Below the pieces are notes generated by a model, which worked only from the letters and a program-made list of their open reading frames with translations, ran no database searches and was not told where the DNA came from. Position numbers and translations under genes: made by a program. From Macrostomum lignano (taxonomy: Eukaryota), in NCBI GenBank assembly GCA_002269645.1, contig NIVC01000689.1, positions 124,001 to 188,000 of the forward strand: a stretch of 64,000 nucleotides of DNA, in the 5' to 3' direction. Below, one piece after another: positions 38,695 through 50,446 of this stretch; positions within the stretch are counted from its first letter, which is position 1, and every line of letters starts with the position of its first letter.

Positions 38695-40119
38695 TAAAAC
38701 AATGAAAACAAACGAAGATCGAAAACCGGGCCTCCTTGGTGCGTGGTTTTTCGCCACAGATACAGGCAGAGCCCAACTCCGCAGAGTATTCTAACAATAT
38801 TATAAAAGAATTAGCGGCGTTGGTTGCGGTGGGCGCATTGAGCTAGCTCAGAAATAGCAGGTTGAAGAAGGCATGTTTAAGATAGCTACAATTATAATTA
38901 GGCGGTCTAACATATAATAGAAAAGTTGTCGGAAGCGACAGGAATCTAATAGTCCCCTGGTGCCATCTGTTGAAGGTGCCAACGGTGGTGAGATGATGAC
39001 GGAATGCTGGAGAGACCAGCTGAGGATGTCCAGCAGTTGAGGTCTGCCCACTGTCGAGGCTTGATCAGCGTAACTAGAGAAATTCGCAACAGGGTGTCCA
39101 TAGTCACCTGGTGCCACCTTGTTGAAGGTCCAGAAGCTCCGCTGGTGAATGGTGAAGGCCAGTGAACATTCAACGAAGTCAGAACTGATGCAGACACATG
39201 TGGTCGACGTGCTGATGAAATTTGGAGGCTTGGCAAGGCTGCACTGAGGCGCAGTGCTAATTGGCGCACAGGGGTGTACTGAACACACCAGCGCTTATGG
39301 AAAAAAATCCGACCTTCTGGCAGAATCGTCGAATATCTCGACGGTCCGGAGGGCTGGAGATTCAATTCTTGTTTGAGAAGGTGCGCAACAAAAAGTTAAT
39401 TTGTGTATTGTTCTTTGCGGGCGGGAAAACTGGCTTGGCATTCCTTCTGTTAATAAAGTAACAAAATTGTGATAAAATACCCGCGTATAATAATAAGTTA
39501 AAAAAATAAGTATATTTCAACTCAGTCAAGGCTAAGCGCAGCATCATTATATGAACGAAAGTAATAGTAAAATACAGTTGAAGCAGAAGACGCAATAATA
39601 ATTGTTGACATGAATTCAAATATAGATTGAACCTAAAAATAAAGACACAATACCTGATGCACAAAAGCACTGTTATTGCACATACAGCGGTATATATTAA
39701 ATACAACAATAATAATAAATAAAATGCCGTAATTGTCAACTAGCTAGGTCAAATAACATGACAAAAATATGAAATTTACCGAAAGAGAAGCATTCAAATT
39801 ACACAATAATTGAGATAAATAGATAAAAAAGTGAAGTTACAAGCATTACGACAAAAAAATTGCGTTTCGATTTCGTTAAATATAATTTATCAAACAAATA
39901 CTAACGGTTAAAAATGTTAACATGATTAAAGCATTGATTTGAATATTTTACACTGCTGCACATCGGGAGCTGAGAGGCAAAACCCATGTTGTACACATGT
40001 TGTACTACAAAAAGGAATAGGGAGATCTGGAAAGGTGCTACACAGAATCTGGGAGGCTGGAGTCAGACTCGACAGATGGGATCTAGAAAGGTGGAGACCA
40101 CATCATTCGGGATCTGGGA

Positions 40120-40880
40120 AGGGGGAATCACACAAATAGGGATCTGGGAAGGGGAAAACCACACAAATAGGGATCTGGGAAGGGGAAAACCACACAATAG
40201 GGATCTGGAAAGGGGAAAACCACACAATAGGGATCTGGAAAGGGGAAAACCACACAAATAGGGATCTGGAAAGGGGAAAACCACACAATAGAATAGGGAT
40301 CTGGAAAGGGGAAAACTAAACAAATAGGGATCTGGAAAGGGGAAAACTACACAAATAGGGATCTGGAAAGGGGAAAACCACACAATAGGGATCTGGGAAG
40401 GGGAAAACCACACAAATAGGGATCTGGAAAGGGGAAAACCACACAATAGAATAGGGATCTGGAAAGGGGAAAACTAAACAAATAGGGATCTGGAAAGGGG
40501 AAAACTACACAAATAGGGATCTGGAAAGGGGAAAACCACACAATAGGGATCTGGGAAGGGGAAAACCACACAAATAGGGATCTGGAAAGGGGAAAACCAC
40601 ACAATAGGGATCTGGAAAGGGGAAAACCACACAAATAGGGATCTGGAAAGGGGAAAACCACACAATAGGGATCTGGAAAGGGGAAAACCACACAAATAGG
40701 GATCTAGAAAGGGGAAACCACACAAACAGGGATCTAGGTAGGGGAAAGCCTCAGAAAAAAGGGATTTGAGAAGGGGAAAACCACACAAATAGGGATCTGG
40801 GTAGGGGAAAGCCTCAGAAAAAAAGGGATTTGAGAAGGGGAAAACCACACAAATAGGGATCTGGGAAGGGGAAACCACAC
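40120..40880 (+). repeat. 30/31-bp minisatellite (GGGATCTGGAAAGGGGAAAACCACACAAATA), ~24 copies, just 3' of the CenH3 stop
   Basis: Direct reading. Confidence 0.93.
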
Positions 40881-40959
40881 GTAAGAAACTCGCATGGGAT
40901 TAGCACCAAGCACGCCCAGAACTATTTCAGATATAGTCAGTAGATCATCATCAGAGCGG

Positions 40960-42445
40960 CTAAATTCCGTGATTGCACAGCTGGCAGACCAGCAGCAAGT
41001 CCTCCCTAGACAGTGTAATCCGACTCCTGTGCTGGCATAGCCTGTAGGCATCGCTCAAGACCTGTACAACATAGGCTTCGGCGGCCGTCTGCAGACAGCA
41101 AATCGCCAACGCTTGCCAAGTGTCGCCAACGCCCGGCGATACAACCAGCTGGCCATTGTGCTTCAAATAGGCCGTGATCTCTTTCACTAGGCGCATAAAT
41201 GGCAGCTTTCTAATTAGCAGATCAGTTGAAGATTGGAAGTAGCGAATCTGACGCTCCACGTGCTGACGCTTGCGACGATGCTGCTGCTGCGGCTGCTTGG
41301 TGTGGGGAGGGTTTCGATTGACGTAAGCTAGCGACAAAAGTGCAGAATGAACTATTGTAGTGGGATTCAACTGAACGGACTTGAGCTGCGTTAAATAGCC
41401 ATGCTTTAAACCTAAACAGTCCTTCTTTAAACAATAATAATAATAATAACAATAACTGATGACACCTTGCCTTAATGGCCAGATGTGCAACCGACAGCTC
41501 AGCCGCAGCTTTTGCGCGGCGCATCTGAAGGCTGCGTACGGCTGTTCAGTCCAAGGACTGGAGGGTCGCCACACACAGCCTCAATTACCCCAGCTAATGC
41601 TGGCACCCATTTACAGCTGGGTGAACTGAAGCAATGCAGAGTTAAGTGTCTTGCTCAAGGACACAAATTGTTCCGAGTGGGTCGAGAATCGAACCCCCGG
41701 CCTTTCAGGCGTGAGTCCGACGCTCTGACCACTAGGCTACAACCCCATCCCCTTAAACCTAAATAGTCCTCCTTTAGCCTAAACGGTCTTCGCAAACCTA
41801 GATAATTCTCTTAAAACGTATCAGGTACGTTTTAAAAAACGTAAAAGGTAAAAAAGTGTCATGAGAAGCAAAGGGCGCACGCACCTTTCTAGCAAGCTGC
41901 TGACTCTTGCTACCACTAGGCGCTGCCGCAGTTGTCGACTTCTTCGAATGAGACGCAGAAGCAGGAGGATGAGAAGGCCTCCTGGCGGCTCTGGCTGGCT
42001 CATTTTCAGCATTATCGGCAGGCGCTGCAGCCGACAGCGAGTCATCCGAATCCACATCGTTTTCACCAGCCACAGCGGCAGGAGGCTCAGGCGAGGCGGA
42101 CACGCGAGGCCTCACAACAGCAGGAGCAGCTGATCGCCTGTACGACTGACGAGCGCCGGATGAAGCGGGCGTTGCTGAAGCTTCAACCCGACGGGCTACA
42201 GGAGACGGAACAGCAGCGGCAGCAGCGGTAGCCGGCCGATTCCTAACCGCGGCGCGGCCAATTAGGGCTGCAGCAGGTGTGCTAGATAATGGCGGAGCGA
42301 ATTGAGCCGGCAGTTGGGCCGGGTCGCGGCTAGCGTTGGCTTTGTCGCCTCCGCCGCTAGTGACAACTACATTAGTTGATTTAGCGTTCAGTGGTTGCTT
42401 CTTGGTAGCTGCTGCTGCCGCTGCTTGAGACTTTTGCCGCCGCAT
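40960..42445 (-). CDS. CENPA: Centromeric histone H3 variant CenH3/CENP-A; exons 42445-41885 and ~41295-40960 (~298 aa)
   Basis: Histone fold QIRYFQSSTDLLIRKLPFMRLVKEI..TWQALAICCLQTAAEAYVVQVLSDAYRLCQHRSRITL; H3 Q68 is M, F84 is W, T107 region is AY, loop 1 is longer, and the N-tail is long and basic/Ala-Pro-rich. The exon-2 acceptor is ambiguous. Confidence 0.88.
41430..41750 (-). mobile_element. tRNA-derived CORE-type SINE in the CenH3 intron with a ~24-bp TSD
   Basis: A box TAGCCTAGTGG, B box GGTTCGATTC, core CCTTGAGCAAGACACTTAACTCTGCATTGCTTCAGTTCACCCAGCTGTAAATGG, (TTA)n tail; flanks TTAAACCTAAAYAGTCCTYCTTTA at 41406-41429 and 41753-41776. Confidence 0.88.
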
Positions 42446-42599
42446 AATAGCTTTTATGTTATTTTTGTCAGGTTTGCAGGCTTACAGCTGCAAGATAAGA
42501 TGGGTTTGACTTAATAAGGAAGTGAAAATTAAGGACTAAGTGACTAAGTGACCAAGGATGTGAGGACTTGTGGCGTCGTGCGACTCGGTTTTCCCGCTC

Positions 42600-43230
42600 C
42601 AAAAAGATCAATGCAGTCTGTGGCCAAAGCAGCGATCGACTGCTTCACAAGGACTGGCTTCTCAAAAGAGATTCAAAGTGTCAGACACCAACTTCTGGTC
42701 CACGATGCTGCAGGCCTTGTACTGATGAATTGGAATCGGCACTATACCATCCATAAAGCTAGTAGAACGATTCCAAGGCACACTGAAGACCATGCTGAGA
42801 AGGCTGTTGGCACGCAAAAAGAAGTGAGACCAGTATCCGCCATATCCACTGTTTGCTATCAGGGAGGTGCCATAAGAACAGCCAGGCAGTTCAAGGACCA
42901 TTCAATCTGCTGCGTCAGGCCTGGGACAGACAGTAATAAGTAAGTTACTCACCAAGGTCACCAAGGAGGTCATCAAGAGGACATCATCTCCTTTGTCCTG
43001 GCACAGAGAGATTGACTGCATGCAAGACTAGACGCAGCAAGCAGGTGGAATGGAAGCACCAGAAACTCTGGTATGACTGGAGATTGTAGGAACAAGAATT
43101 GTTGTCTGGCAATCACGTGCTACTGTTACTGTCATCATTGTCCAAGAATCTGCATGCCAAATGGCAAGGTCTGTACCAATTGCTAGCAAAGTGCACAAAT
43201 GGGGTCCAATGTGAACTATTGGATTCAAAT
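42600..43230 (+). pseudogene. Decayed Ty3/Gypsy integrase (rve core and GPY/F module)
   Basis: Across frames: AKAAIDCFTRTGFSKEIQS, LVERFQGTLKTMLR, DQYPPYPLFAIREVP, QKLWYDWRL*EQELLSGNHVLLLL, NLHAKWQGLY; contains stops and frameshifts. Confidence 0.75.
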
Positions 43231-43801
43231 AGGAAATATAATTTATGAACATTTTCTATATAAACTTGCTCAAAAAATACAAGCCACAAGAGGCATTCCT
43301 GGTGCAGGTGTCAGTGTACTTGCAGGATATTGAGCCAAAGATATCGAACACCTCGATGAGAAATCGACTCAAGCCAACTCAAGCATGTCATAAAGGACTT
43401 CATGGGTGTCTTTAGCAAAACCCCTAGCTGGACCAACCTAGTCTAAACACTTCCAACCAAGTAGTTAAAGATTTGGCAATCCAAGGTATAACAGATAAGT
43501 CCTCTAAAATGAAATTCACTGAATGCTATCCAGCTTGGAGCAACTAAGATGCCTAACAGTGACTATTGCTTGCAAGTGTACCTATTGGCTAGGGATAGCA
43601 TGTGCCAATTTTAATCAAATTCAAAATACTGAATAACAAAAACATAGCATTGATGCTTGGGAGTGCCTATGGCCAAAAGGGCTAAGTTGGTTTTGTTAGA
43701 AGGAAACAATAGTTTTTGTTATCCAAGTTAATAGTTTAGCTAACCCAGCTGTAAATTTCCATTTGGCAATAGTAGATTTTGCCTTGTCTATAGACATAGA
43801 C

Positions 43802-44141
43802 CAGGGGTAGGCAAACTTTTTTATCTTAAGGGCCAGATAGAGAACCTAGAGCATGACTGCAGGCCAGATGAGGGGAGAGAAGAGAGAGGAAAGAGGAGAG
43901 AGGAGAGAAGAGAGGAGAGAGGAGAGAACAAAGAGGAGATAAGAAAAGAGAAAAAAGAGGTGAGGAGAAAAGGAAGAGAAGAGAAGAGAGAGGAAAAGAA
44001 GAGATTAGAGAGAAGAGTGCTTAGAAGAAATACAGACATTGAGCAGGCCAGATTGCTGTTGTGAAGTTTCAAAGGATCCCAAGGGCCAAATAGGCTTTGC
44101 AGGCTATATGTGGCCTATTGGCCAGAGTTTGCCAACCCTTG
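43802..44141. mobile_element. hAT/Charlie-like MITE containing a GA-rich tract
   Basis: TIRs CAGGGGTAGGCAAACT / AGTTTGCCAACCCTTG; degenerate 8-bp TSD ACATAGAC/ATATAGAT; empty-site paralog at ~11905-12030. Confidence 0.75.
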
Positions 44142-45319
44142 ATATAGATAGATAACCATTGATAAAAGATAACCAAGTTGATCATTTGGCTTGTTGGCCA
44201 TAGATATTAGCACAAAGAAATATATATATGGTAACTAGCAACATTTTATAAATATCATGCTTTAATATCAACTTCCATATAATAAAGATCAGAATTATAA
44301 ATTTGCTTAAATTTCATCTATTTGTCTATTATTGTTTCTTTATTTTATTTTAAACTTATAAGTTTTTCTCTATACATTTTTCTTTAAGCATGATATATAT
44401 GATATTGCAAAGTTAAAACTTAGAAAATTTTTAAAATCCTATTTTTATACAAACTTGCCTTTTGCATATATATTGACAAGTCATAGGATCCCTATTGAAG
44501 TCTCTATCTATAGATCTATTAGAAGATAAGATTATTCAATTGGCAAATTAACTAGAAAATGTTTTAGTAGCCCATATCTAAAAACTTAAAGCACTTAATT
44601 ATACAACTTGATGGAATTAAAGGAATTGGCAACCTAATATCTTTTTTTCTTTTCTCTTTACTCTTTTTTCACCTTTTTTTACTTTTTCATCTATTGTCTA
44701 CTTCATTTTTTCTTTCTTTATCTTATTCTTAGCAATTAATTATTTTTAAAAAATTGACAAAAGCCTATGAGACATATAAGAACTTTTACTAAAAACATAA
44801 AGCTGCAAAAATACAATAGTTTGCACAATAGGCTATTTATAGAGGCCTAGTCTTTCCAAAAATATCTATCTTATCTTCCTTGATTAGGGTGACTTTATTT
44901 AATACTTTGATGTTAATATTTAGGTCTTAAATAAAAGGCCTTGGTATTTTTTCTAAAATAATGTTTTAACTTTTTTTTAAATTAATAAATAAAAGCAAAA
45001 ATATGTTATGTCTATAGATAGCACTAATGGTTAAGCCTATGTAGCAGCCATTCTTAAATTGAATGCAAGTTTTCTTTAATTAGCATGCAAAAAGCTATGC
45101 CTAAGCCTATACTAGATTCTAGAGTTAGCAATCTTTTGGTTTCCTGCTCTAAATTATTTAAACACCTTTTTGAACTTTACAGCTACTGCTAGTATGGCTG
45201 GCCAACTTCCAGTGCCACAATCTATTGTCTTTGCTATTGAAGTCATCAACAGCATTATACTATGTGACCTTGATATGAATCATTGAGGATTGGTTGCGCT
45301 GGTACCTAATGTTAACAAA

Positions 45320-45450
45320 GAAAAATGTGATAGATGGCGAGGTACCACCTGCTTGCTAATAACAGGACTTGCGAGAGACATGTGGCATTGCTTTGTCCTA
45401 TAGGATTTTTATGTGGTGCCAAGCTTCTCCCATCAGCATTTTGGCAATAT
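45320..45450 (+). pseudogene. Possible Merlin/ISXO2-type transposase N-terminal remnant
   Basis: MARYHLLANNRTC.. resembles the LARxxLLxNxRxC zinc-finger start; short and degraded. Confidence 0.25.
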
Positions 45451-45459
45451 CCTCTACTG

Positions 45460-46740
45460 GATATATATATGTAGCAACGCAGAGAGTAGCACAGAAAAAA
45501 GAGATCTAGCTAGACTTTGCGCAGACATGTTTGCAGAACAACCAAGAGGGCAAGTCATAGCGGACTGGGGGCTGAGCCCAATGGCCTGCAAGTCAGTCAG
45601 AGATGTATCATTTAATGTCATAGTTTGGCCTTGGCCACGACGCAGGCACTTAGTGGGCTAATACAGGAGAGCTAGCACCAGAGGATTTTGCTTGCCCTGG
45701 CCATGGCTTCTTAGGCAGCAGCCAAATAACATCTGACGGGGTTTACAGATAGTGCAGCTGAGCGCAGGAACACTAGTGCAAGTCATCAGGTCCCTGGTCA
45801 GAACACTATCAGGGTAGTGCATGCCCAGGGCATAGCAGAGCAGTGACCTGTAGTGGGCATCCAGGGCTTGCTGTTGCATTGCAGTCATTGGCATAGCCTC
45901 CATGCCATATAGGAGAATCAGCTCAATGGCAGTGCAAAAAAAGGCACATCTTTAGGTTGTCATGAGCTGTTGAATTGAAGATGCTCCTGAGCATGCATGC
46001 CGCATGCTAGGCCTGAGTCCTATCAGAAACAATGGTGTTGGGGCTCAAGACAAGGGAGCCAAGGTAGAGGAAATCCTTGCACACCTTGATGACTTCTCTA
46101 TTTGGAAGAGCTAGCGCAGGGGTAGTTGCAGAGGCCATGTGGAGCACCTCAGTCTTGGATGCATTGATCACCAAGCCAACTCGGGTACCCTTGTAGAGTC
46201 TAGACAGAGCCCATTGGGCAGCAGCCGGATCGTGACACAGAAGAGCAATGTTGTCAGCATAGGCTAGAGCAGGCAGCGAGATGGCAGGATGTCGGGAGCT
46301 TCAGCGTGAGACCAGCACATAGCCATCATCTTCACGCAGGCATTGGTGAAGAACATAGTCTACTACAACAATGAAGAGTAGTGGAGCCAGCATGTTGCCC
46401 TGAAGGACGCCAGAAGTTGTGCTAAATTCTTCAGTGGGGCTGTCGCTTAACTGAACAAATGCTCTTAAAATGCTGTATAAGTCTATCACAGCAGCTACAA
46501 GTTTGGAAGGAATGTCATAGTAGGACAAAATCCACAGAAGTGCAAGTCTATCAACTGAGTTGAATGCTTTGCGGAAGTCAACAAAATCAATTAAGATGGA
46601 ATGCTGATATGTCTTATAGGCTTCAATGATACAGCAGATGGTTGCAACCTGCTCAGTTGTAGACTTGCCTGGTCTGAAACCACTTTGCCAGCTGAGAAGC
46701 AGCGGATTCAGCCTAGGCAGGCGGTTGCATAGCACTGCAT
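45460..46740 (-). mobile_element. 5'-truncated, decayed RTE-clade non-LTR retrotransposon (RT domain)
   Basis: QSGFRPGKSTTEQV, FVDFRKAFNSVDR, TSGVLQGNML, LAYADNIAL, GLVINASKTE, DFLYLGS; ends near a (TA)n run. Confidence 0.9.
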
Positions 46741-47289
46741 TGTGGCATGTTTACTAGATAATATATTAGATAATACTGGATAATATACTCTACTATATAA
46801 TACACTACTACCCTATGTAGAACTCTGTGAGCTTGTTCGATTCTGAAAAGTTCAAAAAGGGGTTTAATTAATTTAGAGTGGGTAACCAAAGGATTGCCCT
46901 TGGACACCCTATAGTCTACTATAGGCCTACATAGCATATAGGCAATATAGACATAGGTTAGTGCACATAAATAGGCCTACATATTATTGTTTAGTAAAGA
47001 ATCATACTGTAACTGAACTATATGACATCTAATTCTAAGGTAGGGCCTAGGCCAATAGATCATTGAATATACTATAGCCAGTAAGCCAGGCATAGCCTAG
47101 GCCCTAGCCTAGGTGAAAGACTTGGTCTTATAGGCAAGTAGAGTATTTTATAAGACAGATAATGTGACTAATGAAAACAATATCAATCAATGAAAAGTAA
47201 GATGGTTCAGATTAGGCCTAACTAAACCCTAATAAAAAATAAGTTAGGCCTAATATAATGAGGAAAAATGATTGATTAACTTCAATTTC

Positions 47290-48515
47290 TAAAGCTGTCA
47301 CGAGATCTCGATGAGACAAGATTCGAGACAAGATCTCGACATTTTTTCTTGTCTCGAGAAATCTCAAATTTTGTCAAGAAATTCAAGATGAGATTCAAGA
47401 ATTTTTCTGATACTTTTTTTCAAAAGCTTTTAAGTGATAAGATATAAAAAGGGGAGCAAATTTTCATATAAATACAACTGTTTGTTGTAACACACTTGAT
47501 AGGGCAATTTTCAAATGGTAAAATCTAGCCAATGTTGAGCAGTTATTTAACAAAAATAGCAAAGAATTTAAACTAGAATTAAGAAAGTATTCTGGAAAAT
47601 CTAAAAAATATATTTTAGAATTGTATCTTATCAAGAAATTTAAGACAAGATAAAGCAAGATAAGAGCAAGACAAAATGCATTTCTGAAATATATTTTTTA
47701 GATTTACTTTGTCTTGTCTCGTCTCGAAATTCTCGACTTATAAGCCTTTCTCGTCTCGAATAAAATCTCGGCAGTGCTTATCCCCACGGTACCGTAGGAA
47801 TAATTTCTGTCTTATTCCAACGGTACCGTGCGAATAATTTTCTGCTTATCCGCACGGCACACTGAGGAGATAGCTGCCCTATCTTCTACATATGCCGTGC
47901 GAATAATTTTCTGCTTATCCGCACGGCACACTGACGAGATAGCTGCCCTATCTTCTACATATGCCGTGCGAATAATTTTCTGCTTATCCGCACGGCACAC
48001 TGACGAGATAGCTGCCCCATCTTCTACATATGCCGTGTTGTGGGAAGTTTAGTCAAGGACGACTTAAGTCGTCCTTGAGTTTAGTACATACGATTTGAGT
48101 GCAGTATAACAACATAACTTGGCTTGAACATTTGTTCTAAAGAAATAAAGATTTTTTCTATGAGAAAGAATTTTTTTGTGTAGTAACAAATGATTTAAAT
48201 TAAATTAACTCTAAGAATTGTTTATTATTTAAATTTTTTGCAAAGTCTAATCTGATCTCGCCGTGATTTATATAGTCCATTGCCGCTTCCGTAGAATTTT
48301 ACTACTCATGTGAATTCGCATGATTCATATTCATATTGCGGACAAGCAGAAAATTATTCGCACGGCATATGTAGAAGATGGGCAGCTATCTCGTCAGTGT
48401 GCCGTGCGGATAAGCAGAAAATTATTCGCACGGTACCGTTGGAATAAGACAGAAATTATTCCTACGGTACCGTGGGGATAAGCAGTGCCTAAAATCTCTA
48501 ATTTTGACAGCTCTA
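47290..48515. mobile_element. hAT-type MITE with GTCTCG/CGAGAC subterminal motifs
   Basis: TIRs TAAAGCTGTCA / TGACAGCTCTA; perfect 8-bp TSD TCAATTTC (47282-47289 and 48516-48523). Confidence 0.88.
47778..48481. mobile_element. Foldback element nested in the hAT MITE, with 69-bp subterminal repeats (3 left, ~1.4 right)
   Basis: Long TIRs TTATCCCCACGGTACCGTAGG..; GCAGTGC duplicated on both sides (TSD 3, 5 or 7 bp depending on where the ends are placed). Confidence 0.85.
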
Positions 48516-48951
48516 TCAATTTCCACAAAAACATGCCACAAATGAAAAGGCCTATGTTCTTCGGACTTAAAAAATAATTTGCCAACCGAATCTTTCTGTT
48601 CCAGATCACAAGCAATTTTGACTGAAATAAGCTTTATTGTCACCGCTGTACTGGTTATAATTTCGAGGTATATATGTGAGGGTTCCCCGACAGATATTCG
48701 CGACAGATATTTTCTCCTTCAAACGGATAATTCAAACAAAAAATGAATTTATGTTTCGGGATGCATTACTTACTCTGACGCCGTATTCAGCTTTAAAATT
48801 TTGTAGACAAAAATTTTATGTCTTAAAGAAAAAAATATTAGTACGAATACAAAGTGTGTCAAAACGAATTTTATCACACATTCCTTACAAAAAAATTCTC
48901 ACGCCAAAGAACTTATGAAGTAACGGTAGCAATGAATTTTTTGTCAGTTTC

Positions 48952-49785
48952 TGACGCATGTCTCAACTTTGCAATGACACCTTAGACACATGTCCTACTT
49001 TTGTATTTCCTGGGATATCTGCTTCCAAAGTGTGCTTTCCGTGAGTCATTCATCATCCGTACCAAGACCAACCAAAACTTTGACTTATCGCTCCGTCTCT
49101 ATGCTTCAATCATTTGCTCTGAAACTTCTACCACTTCTTGACGCATGTCTCAGCTTTGCAGTGACACCTTAGACACATGTCCTACTTTTGTATTTCCCGG
49201 GATATCTGCTTCCAAAGTGTGCTTTCCGTGAGTCATTCATCATCCGTACCAAGACCAACCAAAACTTTGACTTATCGCTCCGTCTCTATGCTTCAATCAT
49301 TTGCTCTGAAACTTCTGCCACTTCTTGACGCATGTCTCAGCTTTGCAGTGACACCTTAGACACATGTCCTACTTTTGTATTTCCCGGGATATCTGCTTCC
49401 AAAGTGTGCTTTCCGTGAGTCATTCATCATCCGTACCAAGACCAACCAAAACTTTGACTTATCGCTCCGTCTCTATGCTTCAATCATTTGCTCTGAAACT
49501 TCTACCACTTCTTGACGCATGTCTCAGCTTTGCAGTGACACCTTAGACACATGTCCTACTTTTGTATTTCCCGGGATATCTGCTTCCAAAGTGTGCTTTC
49601 CGTGAGTCATTCATCATCCGTACCAAGACCAACCAAAACTTTGACTTATCGCTCCGTCTCTATGCTTCAATCATTTGCTCTGAAACTTCTACCACTTCTT
49701 GACGCATGTCTCAGCTTTGCAGTGACACCTTAGACACATGTCTGACTTTTGTATTTCCCGGGATATCTGCTTCCAAATTGTGCGT
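48952..49785 (+). repeat. 187-bp tandem repeat, left arm (4 full copies plus a partial)
   Basis: ORF starts at 48990, 49177, 49364 and 49551. Confidence 0.95.
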
Positions 49786-50446
49786 TCCGTGGGTTATGTC
49801 TATATATCTCTCGCTGCGTCTTTTGCTCAAGCATACTACGAGACACGCGATCAAACACATGATTGGTTTGCGTATTTCTCGAGATATTTTTTGAGCTCTT
49901 TGGTTTCAAAATGACACCTTTAGATAGAGTCAGCTAGCTTTTGTGTTATTCCTGAACAATGTCTGTTTCTTGGCGAATCTGGTGGCGAAAAGTATATTGT
50001 CGACATAAGTTTTTTGTAAAGTATTACAAGCAGTTTCTCGAAACAAAAAACAATAACTCATTAAGAACAACTGTATTTGTGTAAATGTCTTGTACTATGT
50101 ATAGATTATTGCAGTTACTAACGTAGTTGAGGGGAAAGAACAAATGGTCGTATGAATAAAGTGAGTAGTTGCTCAAACTCGGCGAGATTCTCAAATCAGT
50201 ATGAATAAAATGAGTGCGTCCTCCTGAGCAAGTGCTCAAAATCAATTTCCCAAGAGTTACATGTAGTGCTCTCCCCGTGAGCAAATGCTCGGTGACTGAG
50301 TAGAGACTCGCTTCAGTATGAATAAACTCTGGTCATAAACAATTGCAATTTGTCTTGAGATCTTGCTCAGCAAAAGTTGAGTCTCCTCTGTAGTAGACTC
50401 ACTGGTTGAGCAGCATCCAGCCATGTCCCTAAGCGGCAAATAGCGT

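Noticed and set aside
38848-39365. 146-aa and 139-aa ORFs upstream of liprin
   Set aside because: No recognisable domain; contains a short internal duplication; probably a degraded repeat or UTR
40960-41295. Canonical histone H3 or H3.3
   Set aside because: It lacks the ARTKQTARKS tail and has CenH3-type substitutions and an extended loop 1
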